DNA from: the human T2T-CHM13v2.0 reference genome, Homo sapiens
Direction: 5' to 3' (one strand)
Length of the DNA stretch: 64,000 nt
Assembly (NCBI RefSeq): GCF_009914755.1
Contig: NC_060931.1
Both the position numbers and the translations under genes were made by a program. The notes beneath the pieces were generated by a model that was not told where the DNA came from, searched no databases, and was given only the letters and a program-made list of their open reading frames with translations. This document shows positions 57,680 to 64,000 of the stretch, in pieces; within the stretch, counting starts at the first letter, position 1; each line of letters begins with the position of its first letter.

Positions 57680-57708
57680 TTCTTGGAAAGGATGGGCAAT
57701 TCTGAGAA
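57680..57708. promoter_or_regulatory. Tandem GAS (STAT) motifs TTCTTGGAA and TTCTGAGAA
   Basis: Both fit TTCnnnGAA, 11 nt apart, inside MER41; function untested. Confidence 0.55.
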
Positions 57709-57878
57709 CTGAGGGTTACTCCCCTTTTTATATAGGGTAACTTCCTGGTGTTGGCATGGCATTTGTAAACTGTCATGGCACTGATAGGAGTGTAGCAGTG
57801 AGGATGACCTGAGGTCACTCACATGGCCATCTTGGTTTTCGTTGGTTTTAGCCAGCTTCTTTACTGCAACCTAGTTTT

Positions 57879-58177
<299 letters not shown>

Positions 58178-58811
58178 TACTACAACCTGTTTTATCAGCA
58201 AGCTCTTTATGACTTGTATCTTGTGCTGACCTCCTATCTCATCCTGTGACTTAGAATGCCTTAACCATCTGGGAATGCAGCCCAGTAGGTCTCAGCCTCA
58301 TTTTATCCAGCTCCTATTCAAGATGGAGTTGCTCTGGTAAAGGCCTCTGACAAGGTCATGCAAATGGATGACATTACATATAAAATCACAGTTGCCACAC
58401 AGTTGATAACAGCCAGTGTTACTGAGGGGACAGGGAGTAAGCACTCTCATAGACTTTGGAAGGAACTGGAAAAGGGTGGAATCTTTCTGGAATACAATTT
58501 GACAGTATGTATCAAAAAGTTTAGAAATTTACATATCCGTGACTCAGTAATTTCCCTTCTAGATACATATTTGCTGGTCATAAGCACAAGATTTGCTATT
58601 CACCAAGAGGACAAGGGAGGTTCCTACCTGGGTATGATCAGCTTGTGTACTAAGCAGGCACCTAGGAGCCCCATCAAGTGATGCACCAGCAGGACACCCT
58701 AAGAGGGGTTATATGGGCCCCATCTAGATGCAGCTGCAGAAAAGTCAGGGTCTACCTCTAGTCCCTTGCTCATGTCTAAGGCAGACTCTCACAGAAGGGC
58801 AACTGGCTCCC

Positions 58812-59296
58812 TGTTCTGGTTATTTGTCTCTGCATAACAAACTAATCCAAGACTTAGTAGCTTAAAACAGTTATTCTATCTCATGATACCATGGGTCAGG
58901 AATTTGAGGGGCGATCAGCTGGGTGATTCTTCTGTTCCATATGGCACCAACTAGAGTCACCTGATGGTACTAAGCTGCTACCTGGGCCAGTCTGGAACAT
59001 CCAAGATGGCTTCAGTCACAAGCCTGACACCTTGGTGGGAACAGCTCTCAGGCTGTAGTCTCAGAGCCCCTCCATGTGATCTCTTCAGCAGGGTAGTCGG
59101 ACTTCTTAAATGGTGACTCAGGGCTCTAAAAAAAACCAAAGCAGACGTGACCAGTCCTTTTAAATTGTAGTCCTAAAACTAGCATAGCATCACTTTGACC
59201 ATGCTCTAAAGGTCAAAATGTAATAGGCCAGTCATAGATCCTACCTCTCAACAGGAGGAATATCAATGAATTTGCAGTCATCTGTAATCTGCCACA
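58812..59296 (-). mobile_element. MLT1 (G/H-like) LTR
   Basis: tgcataacaaactaatccaagacttagtagcttaaaaca...gggtcaggaattt...aatctgccaca. Confidence 0.8.
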
Positions 59297-60218
59297 CTCT
59301 CTGGTTCAGGATTTTCAAGGGGGCAAGGTCTGATGCATACATCCAAGTTGTTCTCCTTCTGCTCCTCTACTGTGTGGGCCAATTTTTCTCTAGAAGTGTC
59401 TTGCAAAGTCAAAATCTCTCCACTTCTTTCTTTATAGGAAGTGAGGCTTATTATAGCAAACAGAAAGGATCCCTTATGCTATCACTCTAATACCAAGGCT
59501 GTCTGGCTCCAGTGAGATGCTAAGCTGGCTCTCCTGAGAAGGCCGTTTGCTGTGAAAGAGATGTAATCAGCCTGGAAACATGACTCATCCAAGGGTGTGG
59601 AGTTTCTACTGATCAGTTATCACACTGGTCACCAGCAATAACTGGCCATTCTGAAGGCAGTTGCTTCTAAGCCAGACTTGCAGACCTTAGTTATAATTCC
59701 TGAATATTCTCGTGAAAGTCATTGAGACTTCCTTATTTTTCAATAGTGAAGAGATATAGCTCTTGCCAGTGTTACAGACAGTTTAAAATCTCTTAGGGCA
59801 TCATGAACTACACAAAAAGTGCCTGAGGAGTGGCCAAAAGTGAGAAGATAGCTACCAATTGGTGGGGCACCATCAAGGCAAGGAGAAGAGTGACTAGTGG
59901 CACTGAGAAACCTCGCTGAGAAAGCTGATCAGAGAGAAGGTCCCAAGAGGCTGGAAGATCCTCTCATCTCAGGCTGACATTGGGACTCCCCTTGGATTAT
60001 CTTTGTATCAGGAGGGCCTCAGAAGGTTTCTCTGAATGTAGATGCCTTTCTACCTTGCAAGGCTGGCAGGTGGTTACAAAGGGCACAGGCTTTCCAAGTG
60101 CTCAAAGAGAGGACAAAAACTTCTGGAAAAGCATTTGGTGCAGCCGTAAAAAAAAAAAAAAAAAAAAATTCACCAAAAGGACAGCCTCCCCACCCCCTTA
60201 ATTCCATTGCTAAGCCTC

Positions 60219-60649
60219 TGTTAAAAGAAAAACTTCAGCCAAATTAAATTTAAAGGGTTTAATTGAGCAATGAATGATTCACAAGCTGGGCAGCCTTCAG
60301 AATCACAGCAGATTCAGAGAGACTACAGTGATGCCTAGTGGTCAGAACAAATTTATAGACAAAAAAAGGGAAGTGACATACAGAAATCGGAAGTAAGGCA
60401 TAAAAACAGCTGGGTTGGTTACAGCTGGGCGTTTGCCTTTTTTGAACACAGTTTGAACACTCAGCTGTATATGAGTGGTTGAAGTATGACTGCTGGGATT
60501 GGCCAAGACTCAGCTATTGTTACAGGTGCATACTCCTAAATTAGGTTTTTAATCTTGTCCACCTATCAAGTTAGGTTGCAGTTCATCCACAAGGACTCAA
60601 ATATTGAAGTACAGACTCCTTCTCAGGCCATGTTTAGTTCACTTTAATA
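60219..60649 (-). mobile_element. MER57-family (ERV1) solo LTR
   Basis: tgttaaaagaaaaacttcagccaaattaaattt...ttctcaggccatgtttagttcactttaata; TSD CCTC/CATC. Confidence 0.85.
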
Positions 60650-60689
60650 CATCATAACTGGTAATTGCAGCTCTAGGTCAGGTTGAGAG

Positions 60690-61678
60690 GTTGGAGACTT
60701 CCAGAATGGTGAAGTAATAACCTTCCAAAAATCCACTCTTAAGAATACGTGGCCAAAAAAACAAAAACAACAAAAAAAAAAAACCAACTTTTTTTAAACT
60801 CTGGAAATTAACCAAAGGCTTGCAAAAAATCCAAGGAGGATTTATGCAAGAAAAACTGCTGAATCTTGGTAAGAATAGCAAAATGTTGTAACATTTTAAC
60901 TTGCACTATTCCTGTACTCCTCACTCCCACTCTGCAGAAATCTTGAAAACAGCAGCTCTGCAATTATGGAAGCTGTGCAAATGAGCAGCCTTACAGCCAC
61001 TGGAGGTATAACCTGGATTTAGAGCTCCCCCAAAAGCACATCTCCTTAGAATTGTCACATTTTACCTGTCTTTCAGCTCCCTGGGAAAGCTCCATTCACA
61101 GGATGTTGTTGTCATTATTTGATCTGATTCACAGCTCATTGCTTGGGATCTGGGGTGTAAAACTTATCCCTAGGGTGTTTGTCAAAAACAACCAATAGCA
61201 ATGATTTAACATGTGGCTGCCTGAGGCTGCAATACCAGTTGGGGCAAATGGGAGCCTGGCAAAATATTTAAAAGGAAGATCTTGGGAATGGTTTATTCAC
61301 AGGGGACTTTGAAAAAGCTCCAACATATCACAAGGGATCTGGAAGGCCATACACATGGCAGAGCTGTGTGTGCTCAGGAAAGACCTAAGTGGAACCTAAC
61401 TTCTCACCTCTGGCTGACCTTGCAACCAGGAAGTCGTACTGGAGCATTGAAAGTGTGCCCCAACACACAGCTAACAGTACCCCTTGGCTAAGGCTAGAGA
61501 CTTATTAGTTCCAAGAACTTAAGAAAATCTCTGTTCAGTCATTAGCTGACCACTAAGTTAACTGAGTAGGACTTCAGTCATAAAAGGAAATACTTATTTA
61601 CAGAATTTGTCGAGGAAAGTTACTAAACAAACAGTAAAAACAACAAAACAGCAATAACAAACCCTGGATACACAGGGA
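60690..61678 (+). mobile_element. Old L1M 5' region
   Basis: aactctggaaattaaccaaaggcttgca...aagaaaaactgctgaatcttggtaagaatagc resembles L1M4-type 5' UTR. Confidence 0.65.
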
Positions 61679-61679
61679 A

Positions 61680-61874
61680 CAGGTTGAGCATCCATAATAT
61701 AAAAATCTAAACTTGAAATGTTCCAAAATTTGAAAGTTGAGCACTGACATGATGCCATGAGTGGAAAATTCCACAGTTGACCTCATGTGACAGGTCTCAA
61801 TCAGAACTTTGTTTTATGCACAAAATTATTCGAAGTATTGTAAACAATTCCTTTCAGGCTCTGTGCATAAAGTA
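61680..61874 (+). mobile_element. MER46/Tigger4-like DNA transposon (partial)
   Basis: caggttgagcatcc...aaatgttccaaaatttgaaa...gtggaaaattccaca. Confidence 0.7.
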
Positions 61875-62076
61875 TGTAGGGGAGCAAACATAATTTCTTT
61901 TCCTTTCTTTTTTAAGTTCTTAATTGAGACACCCTCCTGAAAACAAAAGTAAGATTAACAGAAGAAAAACAAGTAGAAGTTTAGTAATGCATGCTGTACC
62001 CATCACAGGGAAAGGCCTCAGTTCAAAAATATTTCCCTCTCAAGGCAGTGGTTCTGGGGCCTTGCTTAAATAGTAT
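61875..62076 (-). mobile_element. ERV1 LTR fragment interrupted by MER41 provirus
   Basis: tgtagggg...aagattaacagaagaaaaacaa...gcttaaatagtat; subfamily uncertain. Confidence 0.5.
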
Positions 62077-62631
62077 TGTTACAGGAGAAGGGTCCTGATC
62101 CAGACCCCAAGAGAGGGTTCTTGGGTCTTGGGCAAGAAAAAATTCAGGGTGAGTCCACAGTACAAAGCAAAAGCAAGTTTATTAAGAAAGTAGAGGAATA
62201 AAAGAATGGCTACTCCATAGACAGAGCAGCCACAGGGGCTGCTGGTTACCCATTTTTATGGTTATTTCTTGATGATATGCTAAACAAGGAGTAGATTATT
62301 CATGCCTCGCCTTTTTAGACCATATAGGGGAACTTCCTGTCATTGCCATGGCATTTGTAAACTGTCATGGTACTGGTGGGAGTGTAGCAGTGAGGACGAC
62401 CAGAAGTCACTCTTCATGGCCATCTTGGTTTTGGTGGATTTTAGCCAGCTTCTTTACTGCAAACTGTTTTATCAGCAAGGACTTTATGACCTGTATCTTG
62501 TGCTGACCTCCTGTTTCATCCTGTGACTTAGAATGCCTTAACCATCTGGAAATGCAGCCCAGTAGGTCTCAGCCTCATTTTACTCCACCCTTATTCAAGA
62601 TGGATTTGCTCTGGTTCAAATGCCTCTGACA
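62077..62631 (-). mobile_element. MER41A-type 3' LTR of a provirus
   Basis: Homologous to 57447-58352 but lacks the GAS block; abutted by polypurine tract (tttcccccctccctttt on +) at 62632-62648. Confidence 0.92.
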
Positions 62632-64000
62632 TTTCCCCCCTCCCTTTTAAAAGACAACCCTAACTTCAAGGTTTGCAGAGGGATGAAGATCTATCTTCTG
62701 TAACTACTTCAGGCAGAATAGGGGTGATGATGTTCCTGCCTAACTATTAGAGTCTCTTGTATTTGGGGTATAAAACAGCTCAGTCAGAAAGCATTGGTAC
62801 GGTGAGGGACATTCATAACTTTTGAGTTCCAACAAAAGATGGTATCTGGAAGATTAATAAGTGTTCAATTTAAGAAAACATTGAGTAACCTCATCCTCTT
62901 TCCTACACAAAGAGTACAACAGCAATATATTACACAATAGTAAGGCAAAATACGTAAAATTATCCCAAGTAAGCTAAATTAGAAGGCTTTCCATGAACTG
63001 GGCAGCTGTTGGAAACAAGCTGATATGGGGTTGCTAGATGATTTCAATATGTGCCCAGAATATTGATCCAGATTTTTACATTACCCATGCCTCTTGTTTC
63101 TTCTGAGCAGCAGTCAGAGATCACTAGTTGGTTCACAGGGATAAGCAGGATTAGTCTTAATTACAGGAAATAAACTCATAAACAACTGATGAGACTAGAA
63201 TTTAATAACAAGTGTACCATAGTTCTTGAAACATAATTTTTCTCTCTCCAGTTTCCCATTTTTATTAAGACAAATCATGGTAAGACTGATTTGTTTCATT
63301 TTACTTGGCCTGATTATTTGTATAAAGTGCAGCAAGAATAATTATTTTTCACATAAGCTCTCTTTAAATTGGCATTGATGTAACTCTGTTCCATAGAAGG
63401 AATCTTAGACAAGACTTTTTTAGAGCTGAGCCCTGCCATGGGTTTGTACCCTCAAATACCTATAAGTTGAATAAATTCCTCTCCTCTTGAGGTTCCAAGA
63501 TAACTTAGCTCTCCTAGGCCTGATAGAAAGTGACATTCTTTACTTATGACATGTCAGGAACCCTTTGCAGGGACTGTGTAGACAAGGTACAAGGCCAGTT
63601 TTCCCAAGGGGCTTTTATTGGCTCTATAAGTCAAGTTTAATTCCTTTAAGGAAAACACACCATTCCACTCAAAGCCTTGGTAAAATAACCAGTTTTTCCA
63701 ATTATGTCCTGTTACAAAAGAAAACAGATTCTTATTGCACTTATGCAAATAACTATATTGCCATAAATTAAGAATACTCACAAGTAGTTTCCAAATTCTG
63801 GAGAAACTAGGTAAACAAATATGCTCCAAATTGTGTTCATAGGAGTATACTTTACCTAATTGTTAAAAGCTGTAAATAGCTTAAAAGAATTGTTTTCTTG
63901 TCTTTGAAAAACAAAACAAAGAATCAGCAACATTTTAACCTAAAAGTTAAAAAGATCACTTTAGACTTCTACTAGTTTACTCCATGCAGTTAACTTCTCT
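62632..64000 (-). mobile_element. MER41/MER4-group ERV internal region (continues beyond window)
   Basis: Follows PPT; non-coding AT-rich internal sequence typical of MER4-group non-autonomous proviruses; no intact ORF. Confidence 0.8.

Overview
Human (primate) genomic DNA, + strand. The window holds the distal ~39.7 kb of the last intron of EXOC4 (exocyst subunit Sec8), its terminal coding exon (39713-39950, ending in the PDZ-binding motif ITTV), a ~1.2 kb 3' UTR with two candidate poly(A) signals, and ~23 kb of repeat-dense 3' flank. All other ORFs in the track are explained by Alu/LTR/L1 sequence, low complexity or chance. About 15 Alus, numerous LTRs (LTR22, THE1 x3, LTR8, MLT1/MLT2, LTR10, MER41 x2, MER57), L1/HAL1/L2/MIR fossils and DNA transposons are present; subfamily names come from my recollection of consensus sequences and need RepeatMasker confirmation. 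I found no new protein-coding system. The most notable unexplained structure is three short, non-tandem, same-orientation local duplications (265, ~120 and ~80 bp), each of which can be ordered in time against a transposon insertion; one pair brackets the EXOC4 terminal exon. Also notable are a canonical G-quadruplex and miR-30 sites around alternative poly(A) signals in the 3' UTR, a 320-bp GAA/GGA expansion of an Alu tail, and a MER41 LTR with intact tandem GAS sites next to a MER41 copy lacking them.
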